DNA of 64,000 nucleotides from Planctomycetota bacterium (GTDB taxonomy: Bacteria > Planctomycetota > SZUA-567 > H5-PLA8): contig JAKLKQ010000033.1 in assembly GCA_023150555.1 (NCBI GenBank), forward strand, positions 5,088 through 69,087. Reading direction: 5' to 3'. Positions 56,313 through 64,000 of this stretch are shown piece by piece (within the stretch, counting starts at the first letter, position 1; every line of letters begins with the position of its first letter). The position numbers were made by a program, and so were the translations under genes. The notes beneath the pieces are model-generated. The model was not told where the DNA came from, did no database searches, and worked only from the letters and a program-made list of their open reading frames with translations.

Positions 56313-58684
56313 ACGCCCCCGCATCGCTCCCGATAGATCCCGCGCCAGCTGCGCCGCGCGCCGACCTCGCACCAATCGAGACAATCGTCGGCAAACTGGG
56401 CCGCACGCGCGAGCAGCTCATCCCGATCCTCCAGGCGATCCAGGCGCATTACCGGTACCTGCCGAAAGAGGCCCTGGAGCGCGTCTGCGCACTGACTGAG
56501 ATCACACCCGCGCAACTCGTCAGCGTCGCTACCTTCTATAAGCAGTTCCGCCACACGCCCTGCGGCAAGCACCTGATCCGCGTCTGCCACGGCACGGCTT
56601 GCCACGTGTCCGGAGCAGGCGCGATCAGCGAAGCTTTCGAGAAGCACCTGCACCTGCCGCCCGGTCAGAGCACCGACGCGGAAGGCGCCTTCACGCTCGA
56701 AAAGGTCGCCTGCCTGGGCTGCTGCAGCCTCGCGCCCGCTGTGCAGATCGACGATGGCGTCTACGGAAACCTCACACCGGGCGCGGTGCCGTACGTGCTC
56801 GAGGAAGTGCGCCGCGCGGAGAAGCAGGGGTCGACGAACGGCGACCGCCCGTCGCGCAACGGCGACGGCGCATTCGGCGAGATCCGCATCGCGCTGGACT
56901 CCTGCTGCCTGGCGCGCGGCGCCGACAAGGTCTTTGCTTCGCTGCAGCACGTCGCCGAACGCTTCCGCCTTCCCGCGCGCGTCAAACCGGTGGGCTGCAC
57001 CGGCCTGAGCTGCCACGCGCCGCTGATCGAAATCGTGCGACCCGGCCTGCCCAGGATCCTCTACGCGGACATAAAGCCGGAGGACGCCGAAGCCATCGCG
57101 CTGCGGCACTTCGAGCCGCGCTCCTGGTGCAACCGCCTGCGCTCGGCCGCGACGCGGGCTTTGGACGCGCTCGTCGACGATACCTTGCCTGCGCGGAATG
57201 CTCTGCCGGCCGAGGCCGCTCCGGTACGCGAATTCCTAGGGCGGCAGCTGCGCTTGGCCACCGAGCACAGCGGCGAGATGAATCCGCTGGACCTCGCCGA
57301 GTACCAGGCGCGCGGCGGCTTCCAGGCGCTGGAACGCGCTATGAAGGAACGCACGCCCGACGAACTGATCGCCGAGATCACGAAGAGCGGCCTGCGCGGG
57401 CGAGGCGGCGCAGGGTACTCCACAGGGACGAAATGGCGCCAGGTGCGCGACGCCTCCGGCTTGACCAAGTACGTGATCTGCAACGGCGACGAAGGCGATC
57501 CCGGCGCCTTCATGGACCGCATGATCCTGGAGTCGTATCCCTTCCGCGTGATCGAGGGCCTCGCCGCCAGTGCGTGGGCCGTCGGCGCGAGGGAAGGCAT
57601 CTTCTACATCCGCGAGGAGTATCCGCTGGCCGTGCAGCGCATCGAACAGGCAATCGCGCGCTGCGAAGACGCCGGCATCCTGGGGCGAACGGAGAGCGAC
57701 AGCGCGCCATGCTTCCGCGTCGTGCGCGGGGCCGGCGCGTTCGTCTGCGGCGAAGAGACCGCGCTGATCGCCTCGCTGAAAGGCGAGCGCGGCCGCCCGC
57801 GTCTGCGACCGCCCTATCCCAGTGAGTGCGGCTTCCGCGGTTGCCCGACGCTGGTGAACAACGTCGAAACGCTCGCGCTGGTGTCATGGATCCTGCGCAA
57901 TGGCGCCGAATCCTTCACAAAGCTCGGCACCCCGCGCAGCGCAGGCACCAAGGTCTTCGCGCTGGCCGGCAAGGTCCGCCGCAGCGGACTTGTGGAAGTA
58001 CCGATGGGCATCACCCTGCGCGAGATCGTGGAGAAACTGGGCGGCGGCGTTCCCAACGGCAAGCGCTTGAAGGCCGTGCAGATCGGCGGGCCCAGCGGAG
58101 GTTGCGTGCCGGCGTCGCTGGCCGACACGCCCATCGATTACGAGGCGCTGGTCGATGCCGGCGCGATCATGGGTTCCGGCGGCATGGTGGTACTCGACGA
58201 AGACGACTGCATGGTCGACATCGCACGCTACTTCCTGCGCTTTGCCAACGACGAATGCTGCGGGCGCTGCTCCTTCGGGCGCATCGGCAGCCGCCGCTTG
58301 CTAGACATCCTCGAACGAATCTGCACGGGCCAGGGCCGTCCCGGCGACCTGGACGACATGCAGCGACTGGGCCGGGCGATGAAAGTGGCCTGCCTTTGCG
58401 GCTTAGGTAAGACCGCGCCCAACCCGGTGCTCTCCACGCTGCGGCATTTCCGCGAGGAATACGAGGCTCATCTGGCGGGCCGCTGCCCGGCCGGACGCTG
58501 CAAGGAGTTGATCCGCTACGAGATCGGGGAGAGCTGCATCGGCTGCACGCTCTGCGCGCAGCACTGCCCCGCCGACTGCATTCCCATGGCGCCGTATCAG
58601 GTCCACACCATCGACAGCGCGAAGTGCACGCGCTGCGACGCATGCCGGCAGGTCTGCCCGGTGGACGCCGTGAAGGTGAGGTGA
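56309..58684 (+). CDS. Fused NuoE-like [2Fe-2S] plus NuoF-like (NAD(P)H/FMN/[4Fe-4S]) plus C-terminal 2x[4Fe-4S] ferredoxin subunit; Bfu-family (HydB/HndC/StnAB-like) flavoprotein
   Basis: NuoE motifs: CHGTACHVSGA...CLGCCSLAP. NuoF motifs: GLRGRGGAGYSTGTKW, VICNGDEGDPGAFMDR, CGRCSFGR. C-terminal CIGCTLCAQHCP and CTRCDACRQVCP. GTG overlaps the upstream stop (GTGA). SD GGAGGG lies 8 nt upstream. Confidence 0.85.
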   Translation: MNAPASLPIDPAPAAPRADLAPIETIVGKLGRTREQLIPILQAIQAHYRYLPKEALERVCALTEITPAQLVSVATFYKQFRHTPCGKHLIRVCHGTACHVSGAGAISEAFEKHLHLPPGQSTDAEGAFTLEKVACLGCCSLAPAVQIDDGVYGNLTPGAVPYVLEEVRRAEKQGSTNGDRPSRNGDGAFGEIRIALDSCCLARGADKVFASLQHVAERFRLPARVKPVGCTGLSCHAPLIEIVRPGLPRILYADIKPEDAEAIALRHFEPRSWCNRLRSAATRALDALVDDTLPARNALPAEAAPVREFLGRQLRLATEHSGEMNPLDLAEYQARGGFQALERAMKERTPDELIAEITKSGLRGRGGAGYSTGTKWRQVRDASGLTKYVICNGDEGDPGAFMDRMILESYPFRVIEGLAASAWAVGAREGIFYIREEYPLAVQRIEQAIARCEDAGILGRTESDSAPCFRVVRGAGAFVCGEETALIASLKGERGRPRLRPPYPSECGFRGCPTLVNNVETLALVSWILRNGAESFTKLGTPRSAGTKVFALAGKVRRSGLVEVPMGITLREIVEKLGGGVPNGKRLKAVQIGGPSGGCVPASLADTPIDYEALVDAGAIMGSGGMVVLDEDDCMVDIARYFLRFANDECCGRCSFGRIGSRRLLDILERICTGQGRPGDLDDMQRLGRAMKVACLCGLGKTAPNPVLSTLRHFREEYEAHLAGRCPAGRCKELIRYEIGESCIGCTLCAQHCPADCIPMAPYQVHTIDSAKCTRCDACRQVCPVDAVKVR

Positions 58685-58687
58685 ACG

Positions 58688-60313
58688 ATGCCGCGAGTGA
58701 CCATCGACGGCCGTAGCGTTGACGTCGAACCCGGCACAACCATTCTTGATGCCGCGCGGAAACTCGGCATCGAGATCCCCACGCTCTGCCACCTCGCCGA
58801 TCACGACCCCGAGACCAGCTGCATGGCCTGCGTTGTGCGCGTCAACGGCAGCGCGAGCCTGACGCCGTCCTGCGCGCGCATAGCGGAAGAAGGCATGGCC
58901 GTCGAGAGCGAGGTCGAGGATATCCGCGCGATCCGCCGCATGGCGTTCGAACTCTTGCTCAGCGACCACATCGGCGACTGCATCGCGCCGTGCCACCACA
59001 CCTGCCCCGCGCACATGGAGATCCCGCTGATGCTGCGGCAGGTCAGCGAGGGCCAGATGCGCGAAGCCCTGCGCACGATCAAGAAGGACATCGCGCTGCC
59101 CGCCGTGCTCGGACGCGTCTGTCCGGAGGTCTGCGAACGCACCTGCCGCCGCACGTTCTACGACCACCCGGCTTCGATCTGCATGGTCAAGCGCATCGTG
59201 GCCGACGAAGACTTCGCCAGCGGCGATCCCTACGTGCCCGAGCGCGCGCCCGCCAGCGGCAAGCGCGTCGCCGTCGTGGGAAGCGGACCAGCGGGCCTCG
59301 CCGCCGCCTATTACCTCGCGCAGGATGGCCACGAGGTCGTCATCTACGATGCGAGAGACGAACCCGGCGGCGCGCTGCGTTACAATGTTCCGGAGGAGAA
59401 GCTGCCACGCGGCGTCCTGAACGCGGAAATCGGGATCATCCGCCGCCTGGGCGTGACGTTCCGGATGAACACGAGGCTGGGCAGCGACCTGACCTTGGCG
59501 GATCTGCGCGGCGATTTCGACGCCGTCTTTCTCGGCACCGGCGAACTGGAACCCGGCAAGGCGTACGAGTTGGGCTTGCACGCGCCCGGTACCCGGCTTC
59601 CGGCGAACCTCTCCACGCTCGAGACCGCCGCGCCCGGCGTCTTCGCGGGCGGCGACCTCGTGCGTCGGCGCAGGCTGGCGGTACGGTCCATTGCCGACGG
59701 AAAAATCGCTGCGCATGGCATTTCGCGGTACCTGCGCGGATTGAAACCCGAAGGCGAATCGCACGGCTGCGCCTCGCGCATGGGCCAAGTGGACCGCGAG
59801 ACCATCGATCTGCTGATGACTGGCAAGGTGAGCTCCGAGGACCGCCACGTGCCCCAGACCGGGCCATCCGAAGGCTTCACGCCGACGGAAGCACGGGTCG
59901 AGTCCATGCGCTGCCTGCATTGCGACTGCCGTGCGAAAGACAACTGCGGCCTGCGGGACTTTTCCGAATCCTACGAGGCCGCCCAAGGCCGCTTCAAAGG
60001 CAGCCGCCGCGTGCTGGTGCCGCTCCAGGAAGGCAGCCGGCTGATCTTCGAACCGGGCAAGTGCATCGCCTGCGGGCTGTGCGTGCAGATCACATGCAAG
60101 GGCGGCGAGCCCCTGGGCCTCACGTTTATCGGGCGCGGCTTCGACATGCGCATCGGCGTGCCGTTCGACCGGCCGATTGCGGATGGCCTAACCGTCACTG
60201 CCGACGCCTGCGTGAACGCGTGCCCTACCGGCGCGATCGCCTTCGCCGATTCCGAATTGCTCCGGCAGCCCTGGGAACCGCGCGTGGCCGTGGAGGACCG
60301 CGTCCATGACTGA
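58688..60313 (+). CDS. NuoG-N-like [2Fe-2S] ferredoxin domain fused to GltD/NfnB-like NAD(P)H-FAD oxidoreductase, plus C-terminal ferredoxin (StnC-like)
   Basis: MPRVTIDGRSVDVEPGTTILDAARKLGIEIPTLCH...SCMACVV is 2Fe-2S. The GltD-like motifs are CPAHMEIPLMLRQVSEGQ..AL, CPEVCERTC, GKRVAVVGSGPAGLAAAYYLAQDGHEVVIYD and GGDLV. C-terminal CIACGLCVQ. SD AAGGTGAGGTGA lies upstream. Confidence 0.85.
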   Translation: MPRVTIDGRSVDVEPGTTILDAARKLGIEIPTLCHLADHDPETSCMACVVRVNGSASLTPSCARIAEEGMAVESEVEDIRAIRRMAFELLLSDHIGDCIAPCHHTCPAHMEIPLMLRQVSEGQMREALRTIKKDIALPAVLGRVCPEVCERTCRRTFYDHPASICMVKRIVADEDFASGDPYVPERAPASGKRVAVVGSGPAGLAAAYYLAQDGHEVVIYDARDEPGGALRYNVPEEKLPRGVLNAEIGIIRRLGVTFRMNTRLGSDLTLADLRGDFDAVFLGTGELEPGKAYELGLHAPGTRLPANLSTLETAAPGVFAGGDLVRRRRLAVRSIADGKIAAHGISRYLRGLKPEGESHGCASRMGQVDRETIDLLMTGKVSSEDRHVPQTGPSEGFTPTEARVESMRCLHCDCRAKDNCGLRDFSESYEAAQGRFKGSRRVLVPLQEGSRLIFEPGKCIACGLCVQITCKGGEPLGLTFIGRGFDMRIGVPFDRPIADGLTVTADACVNACPTGAIAFADSELLRQPWEPRVAVEDRVHD

Positions 60314-61442
60314 ACGTCATCGTCACTACTTCGACTACGCAGCCTCCTGCCCGCCGTGGAAGGAGGCCCTCGATGCCGCCGACCGCTGCGCGCTGGAATT
60401 CCCGGGCAATCCGTCCGCGCAGCACGAAGCAGGACGGTGCGCGCAGGAAACGTGGGAGACCCTGGCGCAGCGATTCACGGCGCTCTGCAAATTCACAAAC
60501 GGGCGATTGGTAGCCTGCTCCGGCGGCACCGAGGCGAACAACCTGGCGATTCGCGGCGTCATGAACCGGTATCCGGCCGGGCGCCTGCTGCTCGCCGCCG
60601 ACGCCCATCCCTCCGCATGGTTCGCGACCAAAGAGTACGCAAAGCGCGTAGACATTCTGCCGCTCGAGAAAAACGGAGAGATCTCACCGCTGAAACTATC
60701 CAAGATGATCCGGAAAGACACGCTGCTCGTCAGCTGCATGCACGCGTCAAACGAGACCGGATTCGTACAAAACATCGCCGTGCTGGGCGCCGCATGCGCG
60801 GAGCGGAAGGTCCTCTTTCACGTCGATGGCGTACAGGCCGTCGGACACCTTCCGCTGGACCTGAAAATCGTTCCTGTCAATTTGTATGCCTTTTCGGTGC
60901 ACAAATTCGGTGGCCCGCGCGGCTTCGGGGGCCTGTTCGTTCGGTTCCCGGACCTTTCGCCGCAGATCCTTGGCGGCGACCAGCAGGACGGCCTGCGCGC
61001 CGGCACCGAGAACCTTCCCGGACTCGCGGGGTCCGTAGCGGCCCTGGAACAGTGTCTGGCGCGGATTGAGACGGAAATCCCGCGCCAGCGCGAGTTGGCG
61101 GCCGAACTGGTCGCCTCGGTTCAAGCATCTTTCCCATCGGTCCTCGTGAACTCGGACTCGGCGCACGGCCTGCCGGGCCTAGTGAGCCTCTCCTTTCCCG
61201 GCATCGACGCGCAGGTCTTGATCGCGGATCTGGATCTGCAGGGTTTCGCCGTCGCTGCGGGCGGCGCCTGCCATGCGCACCGCCGCGAACCGTCGCGCGC
61301 GATCCTGGCCCTGGGCCGCAGCAAGCGGGAGGCACAAGGCACGATCCGCATCAGCATGGGGCACGCCACGCGTCGGGACGAGGTCCTCGCGCTCGCCGAG
61401 GTGCTGGTCCAGGCGGCGGCACGCCAGGCGGCCTTGGCATGA
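60306..61442 (+). CDS. Cysteine desulfurase-like class V aminotransferase (NifS/IscS family)
   Basis: SGGTEANNLAIRG, the PLP-Lys motif SVHKFGGPRGFGGLFV, and AAGGACHA. ATG overlaps the upstream stop. Confidence 0.8.
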   Translation: MTERHRHYFDYAASCPPWKEALDAADRCALEFPGNPSAQHEAGRCAQETWETLAQRFTALCKFTNGRLVACSGGTEANNLAIRGVMNRYPAGRLLLAADAHPSAWFATKEYAKRVDILPLEKNGEISPLKLSKMIRKDTLLVSCMHASNETGFVQNIAVLGAACAERKVLFHVDGVQAVGHLPLDLKIVPVNLYAFSVHKFGGPRGFGGLFVRFPDLSPQILGGDQQDGLRAGTENLPGLAGSVAALEQCLARIETEIPRQRELAAELVASVQASFPSVLVNSDSAHGLPGLVSLSFPGIDAQVLIADLDLQGFAVAAGGACHAHRREPSRAILALGRSKREAQGTIRISMGHATRRDEVLALAEVLVQAAARQAALA

Positions 61443-62326
61443 AGCCCGCGTTCTCGATCCAACCTCCTGCGGTCGCCGCCCTTCCGGCGCCCGCGGCCGT
61501 GGCCACGGCGAAGACCGATGCTGCCCTGCTCGCACAGGCCCCGCCGGCCTTGAAGGAATGCCTGCTGCGCATGATCGAGACCGGCGCGCCGCACCTGATT
61601 CTCTCCGGCAGCGACCCGATTGATCCGCACGGCTGCTGCCCCGAAAGCCTGGTCGGCGCGGCAAACCGCCTGGTCGAGGCCGGCGTCCTCGGCCGGTGGC
61701 GAAGGCCCGGGCCCATCGGCGCCTGCCCCGTCACCGTCTACGCCTTTCGCGGCGAGATCTCGATAGTGGACCGGCAGTCGGTGTTTACCGTGGACGTGAC
61801 CTTGCGGCGTTCCCTCCTGCCGGCATTGAAGGGCGAACGCCGCCGAGCGAGGGTCCTCATCGCCCTGCGCGCCGGGTTACTCGCCTTCGTTATCGCCACG
61901 CTGGTGGTGATCGCCTTCGGCGCCAGCGTCCAATCGACGGGCGGCAACGGCGCCGCGGCCCTGACCGCCGGACTCCCCCGCGAGAACATGACGGTCCTGG
62001 TGCTCTTCCGTACATCGGCTCGCTGCCGATTCTGCGAGCACATGGACGTCTTCGCGCGTGAAGGTCTGTCCGCTCAATTCAATGACAACCTGCGCGACGG
62101 ACGCATCGCCTACCGCGAGATCGATTTCGACCGCACGGAATACCGCGACTTGCGCGGCGCCTTCGGGCTCGCGTCCACGACGCTGGCGCTCTTCGAGATT
62201 CGCGGCGGCCAGGCGGTGCGCTGGAAGGTCCTGGAGGAGGCCTGGCAACTGACGGAGGACCGCGAGGCGTTTCTCGAGATGACCGCGCGCGAAGTCGCGG
62301 CCTTTAGGGAGGCGCCCCATGAATGA
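61439..62326 (+). CDS. Membrane-anchored thioredoxin-like protein with CxxC (CRFC) motif
   Basis: Central TM helix (VLIALRAGLLAFVIATLVVIAFGA). C-terminal VLVLFRTSARCRFCEHMD...YREIDFD is a thioredoxin-fold pattern. ATG overlaps the upstream stop. Confidence 0.45.
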   Translation: MKPAFSIQPPAVAALPAPAAVATAKTDAALLAQAPPALKECLLRMIETGAPHLILSGSDPIDPHGCCPESLVGAANRLVEAGVLGRWRRPGPIGACPVTVYAFRGEISIVDRQSVFTVDVTLRRSLLPALKGERRRARVLIALRAGLLAFVIATLVVIAFGASVQSTGGNGAAALTAGLPRENMTVLVLFRTSARCRFCEHMDVFAREGLSAQFNDNLRDGRIAYREIDFDRTEYRDLRGAFGLASTTLALFEIRGGQAVRWKVLEEAWQLTEDREAFLEMTAREVAAFREAPHE

Positions 62327-63008
62327 GGCGCTTGCACTATCGTTGAGCGCCGCCGGGCTGGGACTCCTGACCGCGGTACATCCCTGCCCCTTGGCAGGAC
62401 ACCTCGGCGCGCTCGCCGCTCTGAGCGGCTGGTCGGGGTGCCCGAGGCGCGTCTGGTTCGCAGGCCTGGCGCTCGCAGCGGGATTCGCCGTAGCGTACGC
62501 TGCGCTGGGCATCCTGCTGAGTTGGGGGCTCGCCTCGGCGCCCTACACGTCCGAAGTTCTGCGATCGTACCTAACCCGCCTGCTGGGCCCGTTCCTGGTG
62601 GTCGCGGGCATGCTGATGGCAGGATTGCTCGGCGGAAGCGGAGCACCAGCGCTGCGCGAGCGGGTATCGGCGTGGCTTGACCGGCGCGCATGGGGAAGTT
62701 GGATCGCCTTCCCCGCCGGCATGCTGCTCGCGCTGAGTTTCTGCCCTGCTTCCGCGGCGCTCTTCTTCGGCGTACTGCTGCCGCTGGCGCTGACAAAGCA
62801 GATGCCGGTTATCCTGCCGGTCGCTTACGGCGCGGGCGTGGCCTTGCCGCTGGCGGCCGTAGCATTCTTCGTCGCGTTCGGAACGCAGTGGCTAGGGCGG
62901 AAATCGGAACGCGAGGCGCGGACCCGAACGGTGCGCCTGGCGGCGGGCACCGTTTTGATCCTGGTGGGCATCGCCCACGCATTGCAGCATGTGTACGGCA
63001 TTCTCTAG
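62319..63008 (+). CDS. CcdA/DsbD-family transmembrane thiol-disulfide electron transporter (DsbD_2)
   Basis: A polytopic protein with two membrane-embedded Cys in helix-start positions (VHPCPLAG and LSFCPASAALFFG), the DsbD/CcdA hallmark. Confidence 0.6.
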   Translation: MNEALALSLSAAGLGLLTAVHPCPLAGHLGALAALSGWSGCPRRVWFAGLALAAGFAVAYAALGILLSWGLASAPYTSEVLRSYLTRLLGPFLVVAGMLMAGLLGGSGAPALRERVSAWLDRRAWGSWIAFPAGMLLALSFCPASAALFFGVLLPLALTKQMPVILPVAYGAGVALPLAAVAFFVAFGTQWLGRKSEREARTRTVRLAAGTVLILVGIAHALQHVYGIL

Positions 63009-63022
63009 CAACCTGCACCGGA

Positions 63023-63118
63023 TGGCGGGAGTGCATGGGAATCGAACCCACCCAACGCCCTTGCGGACGTCGCTACGGCTTTGAAGGCCGCGGCCGTCAC
63101 CAGACGACCTCCACTCCC
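63023..63118 (-). tRNA. selC: tRNA-Sec (selC), anticodon UCA, 96 nt
   Basis: The reverse complement reads GGGAGTGG A GGTCGTCTGGTGACGGCCGC GGCCTTCAAAGCC ... long variable arm ... GGGTTCGATTCCC ... GCACTCCC G CCA. The anticodon loop CUUCAAA matches E. coli selC. The D-arm TCGTCTGGTGA is nearly identical to E. coli selC. A long variable arm, an extended acceptor stem and a CCA end are all present. Confidence 0.8.
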
Positions 63119-63138
63119 AACCGTTGCAGCGTAAGGAC

Positions 63139-64000
63139 TTACGCGGTTTTCGCCCGCTGGCGCCCCTGGGGTTGAGGCTTTTTTTGAGGCTTTTCTGTCG
63201 CCAGTTTTCGCAGGTGGTTCCCCATCTTGCGGATCCCGGTGGTCGACTCGAGGGCGGACCAGTCGAGGTATTCGCGCTCGGCGATGGCGATCGAGTGCCG
63301 GTTCCGCTTGGCCTCTTGCTGGGGCAGCATGCCGGCGACGGCGTAGCACATCGTCGTGTGGTACTTGCGCAGGGCCTCGAGGTTGACGCGGGCCGGGAGC
63401 TCCGCCTTGGCGCGCAGCCTCCGGATCTCCCGGTAGGCCATGGACTCGGCCTTGGGCCAGAGAGGGTCGTCTTCCTTGCCGGGGTGATCAGCCAGCCAGG
63501 CGCGGAGTTCGGCGGCGGTCCAGGCGTCGAGGCGCACGGCGCCGCGCACGTTCTTCTCGATCGTCCAGACCTTGGGCTGCTGGCCGGCGAGCTCGAGATG
63601 GCGGCGGCAGACGCGGTTGATGGCGGCGACGGGGCGCAGGCCGGCGCCGGCGCAGAGCAGCACCAGGGGGTAGGCCAAGGTGCCGCGCGAGATCTGGATC
63701 AGGGCGCCGACCTCGGCGGCGGAGGCGGGGATGCTCTCGCCCTGGACCTCGCTGGGGAGTTCGAGTTTCTTTTTCGTCGCGGGGTTGGCTTCCCAATTCG
63801 TGAACGTCCGGCGCATGAGGCTTTCGAAGAAGCGGTGCACCGCGCGCTGGTGGTTGTGGATCGTGGTGGAACTGTACCCATTCCGGACAAGGGCGTCGAA
63901 ATAGTCCTGGCAGATCTTGCGGCAGCCGCGCAGGCCGAGGCGCGCCAGGTCCTGGTCGGGCTGGGCCTGGGCGAAATGGCCGAGAATCTGAAGGGCCGTG
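63139..64000 (-). CDS. Tyrosine recombinase / phage-type integrase, partial (5' end beyond the window)
   Basis: The frame runs to the window edge. The core-binding region is LGLRGCRKICQDYFDALVRNGYSSTTIHNHQRAVHRFFESL. The catalytic region has GAGLR (box I Arg), LRKYHTTMCYAV (box II HxxR-like) and C-terminal EREY. It is divergent from XerC/D. Confidence 0.55.
   Translation of the reverse strand, partial: TALQILGHFAQAQPDQDLARLGLRGCRKICQDYFDALVRNGYSSTTIHNHQRAVHRFFESLMRRTFTNWEANPATKKKLELPSEVQGESIPASAAEVGALIQISRGTLAYPLVLLCAGAGLRPVAAINRVCRRHLELAGQQPKVWTIEKNVRGAVRLDAWTAAELRAWLADHPGKEDDPLWPKAESMAYREIRRLRAKAELPARVNLEALRKYHTTMCYAVAGMLPQQEAKRNRHSIAIAEREYLDWSALESTTGIRKMGNHLRKLATEKPQKKPQPQGRQRAKTA

Noticed and set aside
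58682-58690. An in-frame TGA separates the NuoEF-like and GltD-like ORFs by only one codon (same frame). This could be a selenocysteine readthrough producing one giant fusion.
   Set aside because: A strong Shine-Dalgarno (AAGGTGAGGTGA) lies immediately upstream of ATG 58688. The TGA is part of that SD block, so ordinary translational coupling explains the layout. No SECIS-like hairpin could be seen in the first 40 nt downstream.
1-64000. CRISPR arrays, rRNA genes, and IS elements or transposases.
   Set aside because: No regularly spaced direct repeats, no rRNA-like conserved stretches and no transposase-like ORFs were seen on either strand. The only mobile-element-like feature is the edge integrase.

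Overview
This 64 kb window is high-GC (about 68-70%), gene-dense bacterial chromosome. Coding is compact, and many stop/start junctions overlap by 4-8 bp (ATGA, GTGA), which implies long operons. The gene content suggests a Planctomycetota-like organism: HEAT-repeat proteins, PQQ/NHL beta-propellers, a DUF1844 protein, xylose-isomerase-like TIM barrels, URO-D-family paralogs and PolX. This placement is inference only.

I call about 56 CDS plus one tRNA, listed in order below.
- LPS/Kdo block (1-10664): a GT9 heptosyltransferase 3' fragment, a fused LptF-LptG permease, polX, kdsD, kdsC, and two secreted OstA/LptA-like proteins. One of these is a 1013-aa giant with Lys/Glu-rich linkers.
- meaB, a methylmalonyl-CoA mutase catalytic subunit with no B12-binding domain, and the epimerase (11003-14117).
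- An ~0.8 kb low-GC islet carrying one orphan ORF (14118-14910).
- A HEAT-repeat protein and a second heptosyltransferase.
- A ROK regulator with a candidate sigma70 promoter.
- Two URO-D/MtaA-family paralogs.
- A SUFU-like protein next to a bPH membrane protein.
- A long minus-strand operon (33721 down to 24411): ribF, a periplasmic FMN-binding protein, a 793-aa DsbA-like CPYC protein, and livJ, livH, livM, livG, livF.
- Two NifS-like cysteine desulfurases.
- Sugar-phosphate isomerases, a Gfo/Idh/MocA oxidoreductase, a NUDIX hydrolase and a secreted transglutaminase-like protein.
- selB and a Ser/Thr kinase.

The most interesting feature is an 11-gene plus-strand operon (49986-63008) that is translationally coupled for its last ten genes.
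- Periplasmic parts: two membrane-anchored PQQ-like propellers, an NHL propeller, a 77-aa Tat-signal Cys-rich ORF, and a Tat-exported NapG-like tetra-[4Fe-4S] ferredoxin.
- Membrane relay: a NapH-like polyferredoxin.
- Cytoplasmic module: a Stn/Bfu-type flavin-FeS oxidoreductase, consisting of a fused NuoE-NuoF-like subunit and a NuoG(N)/GltD-like subunit.
- Also encoded: a NifS-like desulfurase and a membrane thioredoxin-like CxxC protein paired with CcdA/DsbD.

The operon ends 14 bp before a tRNA-Sec (selC, anticodon UCA) on the opposite strand. A divergent tyrosine recombinase gene abuts that tRNA and runs off the window edge. I saw no CRISPR arrays or rRNA genes.
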